From: Opitutia bacterium UBA3534
Lineage (GTDB): Bacteria > Verrucomicrobiota > Verrucomicrobiia > Opitutales > UBA3534
Direction: 5' to 3'
Length of the DNA: 64,000 nt
NCBI GenBank assembly: GCA_002376875.1
Contig: DFOT01000012.1
Location: 181,951-245,950 of the forward strand
Part shown: positions 1 through 8,941 of the stretch, in pieces
How positions within the stretch are numbered: position 1 is the stretch's first letter
How the letters are laid out: each line of letters starts with the position of its first letter
Made by a program: the position numbers and the translations under genes
The notes under the pieces: generated by a model
Told to the model about the DNA's origin: nothing
The model's database searches: none
Seen by the model: the letters and a program-made list of their open reading frames with translations, nothing else

Positions 1-911
1 CTTTATGTAAACCTCTTTTTGATGAGGCCACTGTAGTGCGCGAGCGCGAAGCCCAGTGCGCCCAGCTCGCCGAAGAGATGGACGAGATTATGGACGTAGG
101 CCGCAAGCATTTGCGCCAACACTTTTTTGGGGAACACCCTTACTCGCATGAGGCTATCGGGACAAAGGCGTCTTTAGAGTCTTTGGATGCTCAAGCGCTT
201 GCAGCTCATTATAAACAATTGTGCGTTGCCTCTAATTTGGTTATCTCTGTAGCAGGTTCTTATGATGAGGCTTTGTTGCTTGAAGCTTGTGAACAGGCGC
301 TTGCCTCATTCCCAGAGGGAACATTACCCGAGGCTCCTTATACTTATCAAGGCCCGAAGCCCGGTGCGCACACGCATGCCATGGACCGTGAACAAGCAGT
401 CGTGTTTACCGCCTATCCGGATCCAGGGATTAAGCACCCCACAACCGAAGTAGGGGAAGTCTTGGATGAGCTTTTCAGCGGTATGTCTAGCCAGCTGTTC
501 AAGCGTGTGCGTGAAGAAAAGGGCTTGGCTTACTATGTCGGTTCAAGCCGTATGCTCGGGGTAAGCACAGGTATGTTTTATTTTTATGGGGGTACTCATC
601 CTGATCATGCCCAGGCAGTTCAAGAGGAGATTCAGGCCGAAGTTCAGCGCGTACGCCAGGGTAAGGTGACCGAGGAAGAGCTCAAGCGTTGCAAGACGAA
701 GCTCAAGGCCCAAAAACGTATGACTTTGCAAACAACAGCAGCCCGGTCGATGCATGCTGCTTTAAATGCATTGTATCAGCTGCCCGTAAATCATGACCGT
801 ACCTATGACGAGCGTATCGACAAGGTTACCCTCAAGGATTTACAGGACTTCGCAGACGCTCATTTTACACCTGAGCAAGAGGTTAAGGTTGTCGTAGGGC
901 CACAAGGATAG
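1..911 (+). CDS. M16 (pitrilysin-like) zinc peptidase, C-terminal part; 5' truncated by window edge
   Basis: Frame is open from position 3 (LCKPLFDEATVVRER...). Motifs HPY..GT, SSQLFKRVREEKGLAYYV and IDKVT match the M16 C-terminal domain. Confidence 0.85.
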   Translation, partial: LCKPLFDEATVVREREAQCAQLAEEMDEIMDVGRKHLRQHFFGEHPYSHEAIGTKASLESLDAQALAAHYKQLCVASNLVISVAGSYDEALLLEACEQALASFPEGTLPEAPYTYQGPKPGAHTHAMDREQAVVFTAYPDPGIKHPTTEVGEVLDELFSGMSSQLFKRVREEKGLAYYVGSSRMLGVSTGMFYFYGGTHPDHAQAVQEEIQAEVQRVRQGKVTEEELKRCKTKLKAQKRMTLQTTAARSMHAALNALYQLPVNHDRTYDERIDKVTLKDLQDFADAHFTPEQEVKVVVGPQG

Positions 912-921
912 GCTTGTTCTA

Positions 922-1395
922 TCATTCTTGGGCTTTGTGCTCCCGGGCTTCAACGGCAGTATCAACACTTCTTAAGTCGAGCACATCACCAACGCCCACA
1001 CTACTATTGCGGAACCACCCTTGGTTTACTTCTAGGGCGTATTGGACTTTTCTGCTTTTAGAATACACGATCCGCTCATCGTAAGGGTGCATCTTTTTGA
1101 TTTCGACAAGGGTGCCGTCTTGTTCAAAAAAACCAATATCTAGAGGGATACCTGAGTTCTTCATCCAAAAGCTCTGGCGCTTAGGGCGCTTGAAAATAAA
1201 GAGCATGCCTTCATCAAGGCCGAGCTCTTTGCGGTGCATGAGGCCTTTTTCGTGCTCCTTGCTCGTCATAGCTAGTTCACACTGAACGACACGGTCCGCA
1301 ACTACAATCGGGTATTTTTCGCCTGCGTTTAAAGTTAGGCAGCTCACTACACTTGTGAAAATAAGACTCGATAAAAATATAAAACGTGCTTTCAT
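922..1395 (-). CDS. DUF192 family exported protein
   Basis: Signal-peptide-like N-terminus; GLMHR, GMLFIF, FWMKN..PLDI and YALEVN motifs. Confidence 0.85.
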   Translation of the reverse strand: MKARFIFLSSLIFTSVVSCLTLNAGEKYPIVVADRVVQCELAMTSKEHEKGLMHRKELGLDEGMLFIFKRPKRQSFWMKNSGIPLDIGFFEQDGTLVEIKKMHPYDERIVYSKSRKVQYALEVNQGWFRNSSVGVGDVLDLRSVDTAVEAREHKAQE

Positions 1396-1423
1396 AGAGG
1401 AATATTTTTATTGTATTCAAACC

Positions 1424-2587
1424 ATGGCTTCAAAACAAACAAAATCAACATCAGCAAACACAGCACTCCTCTTGTATTCAGATTCTGATATCAATGCGGA
1501 TATGCTTTATTTCGGAGGCTTTTTTGTGCCTGACGCATTCCTTGCTTTTCAAATAGGTAAAAAGAAGATCGCTGTCTTGAGTGCTCTAGAGATTGCTCGC
1601 GGGAAAAAAGAATCCTGCTTTAATGAAATTCTCTCTCTAGAGGAATGCCTCGCTGCAGCCAAAAAGACCCTCAAGGTTACTAAGCCCGGTATTGCAGAAG
1701 TCGTCCGTTGGGTTGCGAAGGAATATGGCATTAAGAATTTCACTGTCCCTACCGATTTTCCGGCAGGTTTGGCTTTTGCGCTTAAAAAGGCTCGCCTAAA
1801 TATCACCCCGAAGCCTGATCCTTTCTTTGAGGCCCGTATGTGTAAGAGTGAGGCAGAAGCCCTCGCCATTCGTGAAGGCAACGCTGCTAGTGCTGCAGGG
1901 ATTCGTATGGCCAGCAAGATCTTGAGCGCTTCTACGATCAAAGGGAAGAAGCTTTATTATGAAGGTAAGGCCCTAACCTCTGAGCGCCTGCGTTACTTTG
2001 TAGATCGTGCATGCCTCGAAAAGGGTGCTATTGCTCAAAACACTATCGTTGCTGGAGGGGATCAAGCCTGTGACCCACATTGCCAGGGCTCCGGCTTTTT
2101 GTACGCAAATGAGCTGATTATTGTGGACGTATTTCCACGAGTAACAGCTACTGGCTACCATGGTGACATGACGCGTACCTTCCTCAAGGGAACCGCTAAT
2201 GATGCACAACGTAAATTAGTAAAGACTGTGCGTGCCGCACAAAAGAAAGCTTTTGAGACAATTAAGGCAGGAGTTCCTTGCCCTAAGCCTCATGCAGAAG
2301 CCGCGGCATACATGGAAAAGCAAGGGTATGTGACTGGCCAGAAGAAGGGAGTCCCCCAAGGGTTTTTCCACGGGTTAGGGCATGGCCTAGGGCTTTCTGT
2401 ACACGAGGCCCCGCGCGTGAGCCCAGCTGGAACGGGCCTTAAGCTCAAGGCAGGCAATGTCGTGACTGTGGAGCCAGGCCTCTACTACCCAGGTGTAGGG
2501 GGCGTCCGTATCGAGGATGTTGTTTGGGTACGCTCAAAAGGTTACGAAATGCTTTCAAGCTGCCCTTATAAGTGGGAGCTCAAGTAG
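1424..2587 (+). CDS. Xaa-Pro aminopeptidase (M24B)
   Basis: GYHGDMTRT, HGLGHGLGLSVHE, TVEPGLY and GVRIED motifs. Start moved to ATG 1424 because the longer ORF overlaps the DUF192 gene. Confidence 0.9.
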   Translation: MASKQTKSTSANTALLLYSDSDINADMLYFGGFFVPDAFLAFQIGKKKIAVLSALEIARGKKESCFNEILSLEECLAAAKKTLKVTKPGIAEVVRWVAKEYGIKNFTVPTDFPAGLAFALKKARLNITPKPDPFFEARMCKSEAEALAIREGNAASAAGIRMASKILSASTIKGKKLYYEGKALTSERLRYFVDRACLEKGAIAQNTIVAGGDQACDPHCQGSGFLYANELIIVDVFPRVTATGYHGDMTRTFLKGTANDAQRKLVKTVRAAQKKAFETIKAGVPCPKPHAEAAAYMEKQGYVTGQKKGVPQGFFHGLGHGLGLSVHEAPRVSPAGTGLKLKAGNVVTVEPGLYYPGVGGVRIEDVVWVRSKGYEMLSSCPYKWELK

Positions 2588-2629
2588 TTAGTAAAGACTT
2601 GATAGTAAGGCGCTTAAGGTGCTTTATGG

Positions 2630-2688
2630 GGTAAACGCTTGATTTTGTTGTATTATTTCCATATAATACTAATAAACAAGCGTTTACC
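2630..2688 (+). promoter_or_regulatory. Sigma70-type promoter embedded in a long inverted repeat
   Basis: TTGATT 2639-2644, 17 bp spacer, TATAAT 2662-2667. Flanked by perfect 12-bp arms GGTAAACGCTTG (2630-2641) and CAAGCGTTTACC (2677-2688). Confidence 0.7.
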
Positions 2689-2767
2689 TGTTATGCTTCT
2701 ACCGTTGCTTATCGAGTGATAGTGACTATATTAGTATAATAACAACACAACAATAGGGGGATATAAG

Positions 2768-3508
2768 ATGAAGAATAAGGCAATCATAGGAATTTCCGGA
2801 AATTTTGCGGTGGATTATAACCACAAAATGGTTCCCGGTGTGGAAAAGGCTTACGTATTTAATTATTACGTAGAGGCGATTGCCTTGGCAGGTGGGGTCC
2901 CTGTGATTTTACCGATTGTGAGCGATCCTAAGGCAATCAAAAAGCAGGTCGAGTCTGTTGATGGCTTACTGCTCTCTGGGGGGCATGATATTACCCCTTT
3001 TGCTTATGACCAAGAGCCACACCCACTCTTGCAAGATGTGCTCCCCCGTCGGGATGATTTTGATTTCAAGCTGATTGAATGTGCTTTGGAAGCAAAAAAA
3101 CCAATTTTAGGTATTTGCCGTGGCATGCAGGCCCTGAATGTAATGTTTGGGGGGGACCTCTATCAAGACGTCTCTTTGGCTAAAGAATACACCCTCAAAC
3201 ACGTGCAAGGAAACCCTCTTAAAGACCCTACGCATACCATTGACCTTGTTGAAGGGACACGCCTGCAAAATATTTTTAAAACAAAATCTATACGTATTAA
3301 TACTTATCACCACCAAGCAATTCACCAGATTGCAGATGGTTTTTACCCTTCAGCTTTTGCTAAAGATGGGATGATTGAAGCCATCGAAAAGGACGGGGAT
3401 TCATTCGTTATGGGTGTGCAATGGCACCCAGAAATGATGGCTGCAGAGCACCCCACTATGCTTAAATTGTTTAAGTTCTTCGTTAAGGAGTCCATTTCAG
3501 AGACATGA
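2768..3508 (+). CDS. Peptidase C26 / gamma-glutamyl-gamma-aminobutyrate hydrolase (PuuD-like) family
   Basis: LLLSGGHD, GICRGMQ (catalytic Cys), HHQA and GVQWHPE motifs; AGGGGG SD-like motif upstream. Confidence 0.9.
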   Translation: MKNKAIIGISGNFAVDYNHKMVPGVEKAYVFNYYVEAIALAGGVPVILPIVSDPKAIKKQVESVDGLLLSGGHDITPFAYDQEPHPLLQDVLPRRDDFDFKLIECALEAKKPILGICRGMQALNVMFGGDLYQDVSLAKEYTLKHVQGNPLKDPTHTIDLVEGTRLQNIFKTKSIRINTYHHQAIHQIADGFYPSAFAKDGMIEAIEKDGDSFVMGVQWHPEMMAAEHPTMLKLFKFFVKESISET

Positions 3509-4779
3509 GGCGTAAGTTTGGTTTCTGGAGCATCGTCTTACTCGGCCTTAACGCCATTTTAGGTTCAGGTATTTTCCTACTCCCCAGTAGTATGATGGCT
3601 ATTGCGGGGCCTTTTAGTTTGTGGGTCATTCTTTTTGATTCCTTGCTAGTCGTAACCATTGCACTTTGCTTTGCAGAAGCTGCGGGTTACTTCAAGCGTA
3701 ACGGGGGTGCTTATTTGTACGCCCGGGCTGCTTTTGGAGACTTCGTCGGGTTTGAGGTAGGCTTTATTAAATGGGCTGTGGGGATTATTGCTTGGGCGTC
3801 AATGGCTGCAGGTTTTGTTGCTGTGCTTGATGGTATTTGGCCTGGTATTAGTGGTGGCTTATTGGGGAAGGGCATTCTTGTCGGGCTTATTGCAGGGCTA
3901 ACTATTTTGAATTTATGCGGGGTGAAAGTCTCTAAGATTGCCAATAACATAATGACGATTGGTAAGCTTTTACCTATCTTAGTGTTTATGGGCATAGGCT
4001 TGTTTTTTATGCAGCCTGACAACCTCAGCCCCATCATGTCTTTAGAAGCGTACGAGCCCAATGCTTTTGCTGTAGCGGCTATTCTCTTTCTTTATACCTT
4101 CTCAGGGTTTGAGTCGATTGCAGTCGCTGCAGGAGATATGGAAAACCCAAAGCGTGATTTACCCATCGCAATCCTTCTTGTGATGGCCTTGGTCTCGATT
4201 GTCTACTTTGGGGTACAGGCCATATCCATTGGCATACTCGGGGGGGCTTTGAGTAGTTCAGCAGCTCCTTTGGCTGATGCTACCCAAGTATTTTGGGGTA
4301 AAGCAGGCTATGCCTTTATTATGCTGGGGATGCTTATTTCTGTAGGCGGTGTCAATTTGGCTGCTTCTTTTATTACCCCAAGAATCGGAGAAGCTTTAGC
4401 CCATGACGGAATGGTCCCTCGTTTTATTGCTAAGGAAAATGAAAACGGAGTGCCTGTTTGGTCTATCCTAATCACAGGTGTGTGCACGGTCTTGATTGCC
4501 TTATCAGGGAGCTTTACTCAACTCGTTATGATCAGCGCCGTCTCACGATTTGCGCAGTACATTCCTACTTGTTTAGCAGTAATTGTACTGCGCCGTAAGT
4601 TTGCAGATAAGCCTAGTACTTTTCATATCCCTGGAGGGAGCCTCATTCCCGGGGTTGCTCTAGCAGTCAGCTTTTGGCTGCTGATGCACGCCTCTTGGCA
4701 AGAGCTCGCTTGGGGGCTGGGCGGACTCCTTATAGGAATACCACTCTACTTTATAATGCGCGCTTCTGAATCTCGGTAA
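3505..4779 (+). CDS. APC-family amino acid permease
   Basis: ILGSGIFLLP, GGAYLY.R.AFG and FSGFE motifs; ~12 TM segments; ATGA overlap with the C26 gene. Confidence 0.9.
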   Translation: MRRKFGFWSIVLLGLNAILGSGIFLLPSSMMAIAGPFSLWVILFDSLLVVTIALCFAEAAGYFKRNGGAYLYARAAFGDFVGFEVGFIKWAVGIIAWASMAAGFVAVLDGIWPGISGGLLGKGILVGLIAGLTILNLCGVKVSKIANNIMTIGKLLPILVFMGIGLFFMQPDNLSPIMSLEAYEPNAFAVAAILFLYTFSGFESIAVAAGDMENPKRDLPIAILLVMALVSIVYFGVQAISIGILGGALSSSAAPLADATQVFWGKAGYAFIMLGMLISVGGVNLAASFITPRIGEALAHDGMVPRFIAKENENGVPVWSILITGVCTVLIALSGSFTQLVMISAVSRFAQYIPTCLAVIVLRRKFADKPSTFHIPGGSLIPGVALAVSFWLLMHASWQELAWGLGGLLIGIPLYFIMRASESR

Positions 4780-5494
4780 TTTCTGTAATACCGTTTTTCG
4801 CTAAGCTCATCATTGCATCCATTTGCTCCTGTGAGAAGGTTGCTTCTTCCCCAGCACTTTGGAGTTCCACAAATTGGCCAGAGCCTGTCATGACGATATT
4901 GGCATCCACACTGGCTTCTTTGTCTTCTTGGTAACAAAGGTCTAGTACGGGGTGCCCGGCATAAACACCGACACTCACTGCAGCTACAGAGTCTTTAAAG
5001 GGAGATTCTTTGAGTAAGCCATCTTTTACAAGGCGCCCAATAGCGAGTTGTGCGGCAACATAAGCCCCTGAGATAGCTGCGGTGCGTGTGCCGCCATCTG
5101 CCTGGAGGACATCACAATCAATCCAAAGCGTGTATCCTGGCATTTTTTTGAGGTCTACTACAGCGCGCAAGGCCCGGCCAATCAGGCGTTGGATCTCGAT
5201 AGAGCGCCCATCTACTTTTCCGCGAGAGCTATCGCGGTCCTTACGGTCATGGGTACTGTAAGGGAGCATTGAGTACTCCGCAGTAATCCATCCGCCTTGA
5301 ACACCTTGGCGTTGCATCCACCCAGGGACCTTCTTCTCAATGCAGGCTCCGCAAATAACTTGCGTATTCCCGAAGCGAATTAGGGCTGAGCCTGTTGCAT
5401 TCGGTGCGATACCCGCTTCGATAGAAATCGGGCGCAATTGTTCGGCAGTACGTCCATCCGGACGGTTAAGAAGTGTTTCAAACGGATTTTCCAT
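4751..5494 (-). CDS. rph: Ribonuclease PH
   Basis: RPDGR, GWITAEYSMLP, EIQRLIGRALR and DVLQADGGTRTA motifs. Confidence 0.97.
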   Translation of the reverse strand: MENPFETLLNRPDGRTAEQLRPISIEAGIAPNATGSALIRFGNTQVICGACIEKKVPGWMQRQGVQGGWITAEYSMLPYSTHDRKDRDSSRGKVDGRSIEIQRLIGRALRAVVDLKKMPGYTLWIDCDVLQADGGTRTAAISGAYVAAQLAIGRLVKDGLLKESPFKDSVAAVSVGVYAGHPVLDLCYQEDKEASVDANIVMTGSGQFVELQSAGEEATFSQEQMDAMMSLAKNGITEITEIQKRAL

Positions 5495-5501
5495 AGTAAA
5501 T

Positions 5502-7541
5502 TTAAACAGTTAGCGTCGTTGCCTTTTCTTTGGGCTCTACCCACTTATTATTTTCTTTGATGAGGTTGATGAGTTCTTCAACGGCTTCATCTTCGGGTAC
5601 GTGGTATTTTACGCACTCTTTACCCTTATAGAGGTTTACCTTTTTTGGGGCACCTCCTACGTAACCGAAGTCTGCATCGGCCATCTCGCCTGGGCCATTC
5701 ACGATGCAGCCCATCACGGCTATTGTTACTCCTTTGAGGTGGCCGGTTTTGGCCTTAATCTTTTGAGTAGTGCTCTCTAGGTCGAAGAGCGTACGTCCGC
5801 AAGAAGGGCAGGCTACAAACTCTGTTTTTGAAATACGTAAACGCGCCCCTTGCAAAATATTATAAGCCAAGGCGGTTGCTTTAGGCATAAGTGGTTCTGT
5901 CTCAATGCTGATTAAGTCACCCAGTCCATCACACATCAGGCCTCCGCTTAAGAGCGAGGCTTCTATTAATCGGGCAGTGAAAAAGTCTTCAGGCTTAATC
6001 GCATTCTCTAAAGTGTTACGAATCCACAAGGGGCCTTTAAGCGCGTGTTTCTTTAGGCACTCGGCCAAAGCACGGTAGCTGCCAACAATATGTTTATCTG
6101 CCTCAGGCTGAGAGAGGGTATACAGTAAATGTTCTTGAGGGAGTATTTTTAATGTAGAGGCTAAAGCATCAAGGGTTGAAGCATTCCCATCGATAGCTAG
6201 CAACCACTGGTTAGCTGCACAGTCCTGAGCAATGACTTCTAGGAGCTTGCTTTCTTGGGCTTCAAAACGGCGGGACAAAAGCCAGCGGGTTTCTTGAGGA
6301 AAGTTTAGAGTCTTAACATGTTTCCAGTGGATTGCTGGGTTAATTTCTAAGGCAAAAAAGTCTAAGGTTTTAGCTAAGGCTTTGGCTATCTTAAAGGCTG
6401 ATACGAAATCTTCTTCACTCTGAATAGATAATAAAAGACCCTCGAGTTTGCTGTCACCCATTTGAGTTTGAGTGTCACAAACTTGCTTGATGATCCCTGC
6501 CGTATCGGTGATGGGCAGGTGAGTTTTGACGATAACGCGCGGGGGTTGGTTATCAGAAAGCTCGATGTTGTCATTGATGCGCACTGCATTTGTTTTGCGG
6601 CGGCTATAGCTAAACGGATCAATGCTGTCGTGCTGAGCCTCTGTTTCTTCATTCCAGAGCAAGGAAGCGCGTCGGGCTAAATCTTTAGCCACAGGGACTT
6701 CATAGACAGGGTCTTCGGTTAAAGAAACACGGATAGTATCCCCCAGGCCATCGTAGAGTAGGCTACCGATGCCAATAGTACTCTTGATGCGCCCGTCTTC
6801 ACCATCACCGGCTTCAGTCACACCCAGGTGTAGCGGGTAGTCCATCCCTTCTTCAGCCATCTTAAGGGCTGCAAGGCGGTAGGCTTCAATCATTACTTTG
6901 GGGTTACTCGCCTTGAAAGACAGAATAATATCTTGGTACGTATGCGATTCAGCAATCCGGACAAACTCCAGCGCAGACTCTACCATCCCTAAGGGGGAAT
7001 CCCCATAGCGGTTCATGATACGGTCAGATAAAGAACCATGATTAGTTCCAATACGCATCGCCCTGCCGAGCTCTTTAGAGCGTTTGACTAAAGGTGAAAA
7101 GGCCTCATGCAAGCGATCGAGCTCTTCTTGGTATTGAGCATCAGTGTATTCGAGTACGGCAAACTTCTTTTTGTCGGCGTAGTTCCCCGGGTTTACACGG
7201 ACCTTCTCGACGTGCTCGACTGCTTCCATCGCCGCATTAGGCAGGAAGTGGATATCGGCAACCAGAGGCGTAAATACTTTAGCCTCGTTTAATTTTTTGC
7301 GAATTTCCTTAAGGGCCGCAGCCGCTTTTACATTAGGGGCTGTAGCACGGATAATCTCACACCCTGCTTCTGCTAGAGCAATCGCTTGCTTGACGGTAGC
7401 ATCCACATCTGGGGTGAGCGTATTGGTCATAGATTGGATGCGGATGGGGTTGTTTGCCCCAACCCCTACGGACCCGATCATGACCTCGCGGGTTTTACGC
7501 CGCAGGGTATTATAACGCGATGTGCAGTAGTTTAAGCTCAT
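5502..7541 (-). CDS. ispG: HMBPP synthase IspG, long form with central extra domain
   Basis: QSMTNT, PLVADIHF, RVNPGN, HLGVTEAG; Fe-S ligands in CPSCGR and GCIVNGPGE. Confidence 0.96.
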   Translation of the reverse strand: MSLNYCTSRYNTLRRKTREVMIGSVGVGANNPIRIQSMTNTLTPDVDATVKQAIALAEAGCEIIRATAPNVKAAAALKEIRKKLNEAKVFTPLVADIHFLPNAAMEAVEHVEKVRVNPGNYADKKKFAVLEYTDAQYQEELDRLHEAFSPLVKRSKELGRAMRIGTNHGSLSDRIMNRYGDSPLGMVESALEFVRIAESHTYQDIILSFKASNPKVMIEAYRLAALKMAEEGMDYPLHLGVTEAGDGEDGRIKSTIGIGSLLYDGLGDTIRVSLTEDPVYEVPVAKDLARRASLLWNEETEAQHDSIDPFSYSRRKTNAVRINDNIELSDNQPPRVIVKTHLPITDTAGIIKQVCDTQTQMGDSKLEGLLLSIQSEEDFVSAFKIAKALAKTLDFFALEINPAIHWKHVKTLNFPQETRWLLSRRFEAQESKLLEVIAQDCAANQWLLAIDGNASTLDALASTLKILPQEHLLYTLSQPEADKHIVGSYRALAECLKKHALKGPLWIRNTLENAIKPEDFFTARLIEASLLSGGLMCDGLGDLISIETEPLMPKATALAYNILQGARLRISKTEFVACPSCGRTLFDLESTTQKIKAKTGHLKGVTIAVMGCIVNGPGEMADADFGYVGGAPKKVNLYKGKECVKYHVPEDEAVEELINLIKENNKWVEPKEKATTLTV

Positions 7542-8941
7542 GGCATTTTTTTCCAGCTAGCCTTCTTTTTAGAAATAAAGAATAGGGGTGGTAGGCCAAG
7601 CAGGAGTGATCCACCAATGAGGACTGATTCATAAAGCCACAAGCTCCCGGTATCGAGTAGGTCTGATGGGGGCACGAATCCTATTCCGATACAGAATAAA
7701 GAACCTAAGAACCCAAGGCCAGCAATGATGTACATGCCTAGGTTGCCTCCAGGGACTTTGAAGGGGCGTTTAGTCTTCGGCTTCTTGATCTTAAGAATAA
7801 TGGCCGAGATAAACATGAGTGCGTACATGTATAGGTAGAGCTGAGCAGCCAGTGCCGTTAAGATCCAGTAAGAGGTGTTTACTGTAGGCATCAGGAAGAA
7901 TACCAAAGAGAAGAGTGTTACAATTACCCCTTGGACAAGCATGATATTCACCGGCATGCCGTGCTTGTTCATCTTTTGGAAGAAAGGAGGGAGATCTCCA
8001 CTTTGGGAGGAGGCCAGCAAGCCTTTACTTGGGCCAACAATCCAGGTGCTTACTTTAGCTACAGCGCCCCCTGCTACAAACAAAGCCATAAGTGGGATGA
8101 GGTACCCAATGCCGTATTGGTTAAAGATAATCGTGAAGGCCTCCATCAGGCCAGCGTCCAGGCTGATCTCATGCTGAGGGACAACAATGGCAATGGCTAA
8201 AGAGCCAAGGATTGAAATGGCTAGGATAATAAGTGCAGAGAATAGAATCGCTTTAGGGTAGTCACGCTGAGGGTCTTTTACCTCCTGGGCATGCACTGCG
8301 GACATTTCCATTCCGACAAAGGCTTGGAAGGTTCCCGCTAGAAAGACAATTTTGCTCCACTCACTCAAGGTAGGGAATGCAGTGACCAGTTCAAGCGGAA
8401 CCTGTGAAGGGTTACCACTGGTAATCCAGAAGATCCCACACCCAATGAGAACAGCTCCTGGGAGGACTGTTCCTGCGATACTGCCTACATTACTGATGAG
8501 GCCCGAGACACGCATCCCCCGGAAATTTACTAAAGTGGCAATCCAAAAAACAGAGACGACGACTGAGGCCGTATAGGTTTTGTTGCCAGCAAGCTCTGGG
8601 TTAAAGATATAAGCCATGGACCCTGCTACGAAAGCGATCATGGTGGGGAACCACGCCAGGGTGTTAACTGTTTGGAACCAAACCGCAAGGAAGCCCCAAT
8701 GAGTGCCGAGTGCTTCTTTAACCCAGACATATACGCCTCCCTTTTGGGGCCAAGCGGTTGCTAGCTCCGCGGAAACAAGTGATGAGGGTAAGAAGAAGAC
8801 TAAAGCGGCAACGCTATAGAAGAAGATAAGATCCATGCCGGTCTTACCCATCATGGGAAGACTACTGACCCCCGTAATGGCGGCCACATTGATCATAGTT
8901 AAGGTGAGGACACTAAGTGTGTGCTTTTTTTTAAAGGACAT
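7538..8941 (-). CDS. APC-family GadC/XasA-like amino acid permease (copy C)
   Basis: AELATAWPQKGGVYVWVKEA, GMEMSAVH and RPFKVPGG motifs; ~12 TM. Confidence 0.9.
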   Translation of the reverse strand: MSFKKKHTLSVLTLTMINVAAITGVSSLPMMGKTGMDLIFFYSVAALVFFLPSSLVSAELATAWPQKGGVYVWVKEALGTHWGFLAVWFQTVNTLAWFPTMIAFVAGSMAYIFNPELAGNKTYTASVVVSVFWIATLVNFRGMRVSGLISNVGSIAGTVLPGAVLIGCGIFWITSGNPSQVPLELVTAFPTLSEWSKIVFLAGTFQAFVGMEMSAVHAQEVKDPQRDYPKAILFSALIILAISILGSLAIAIVVPQHEISLDAGLMEAFTIIFNQYGIGYLIPLMALFVAGGAVAKVSTWIVGPSKGLLASSQSGDLPPFFQKMNKHGMPVNIMLVQGVIVTLFSLVFFLMPTVNTSYWILTALAAQLYLYMYALMFISAIILKIKKPKTKRPFKVPGGNLGMYIIAGLGFLGSLFCIGIGFVPPSDLLDTGSLWLYESVLIGGSLLLGLPPLFFISKKKASWKKMP

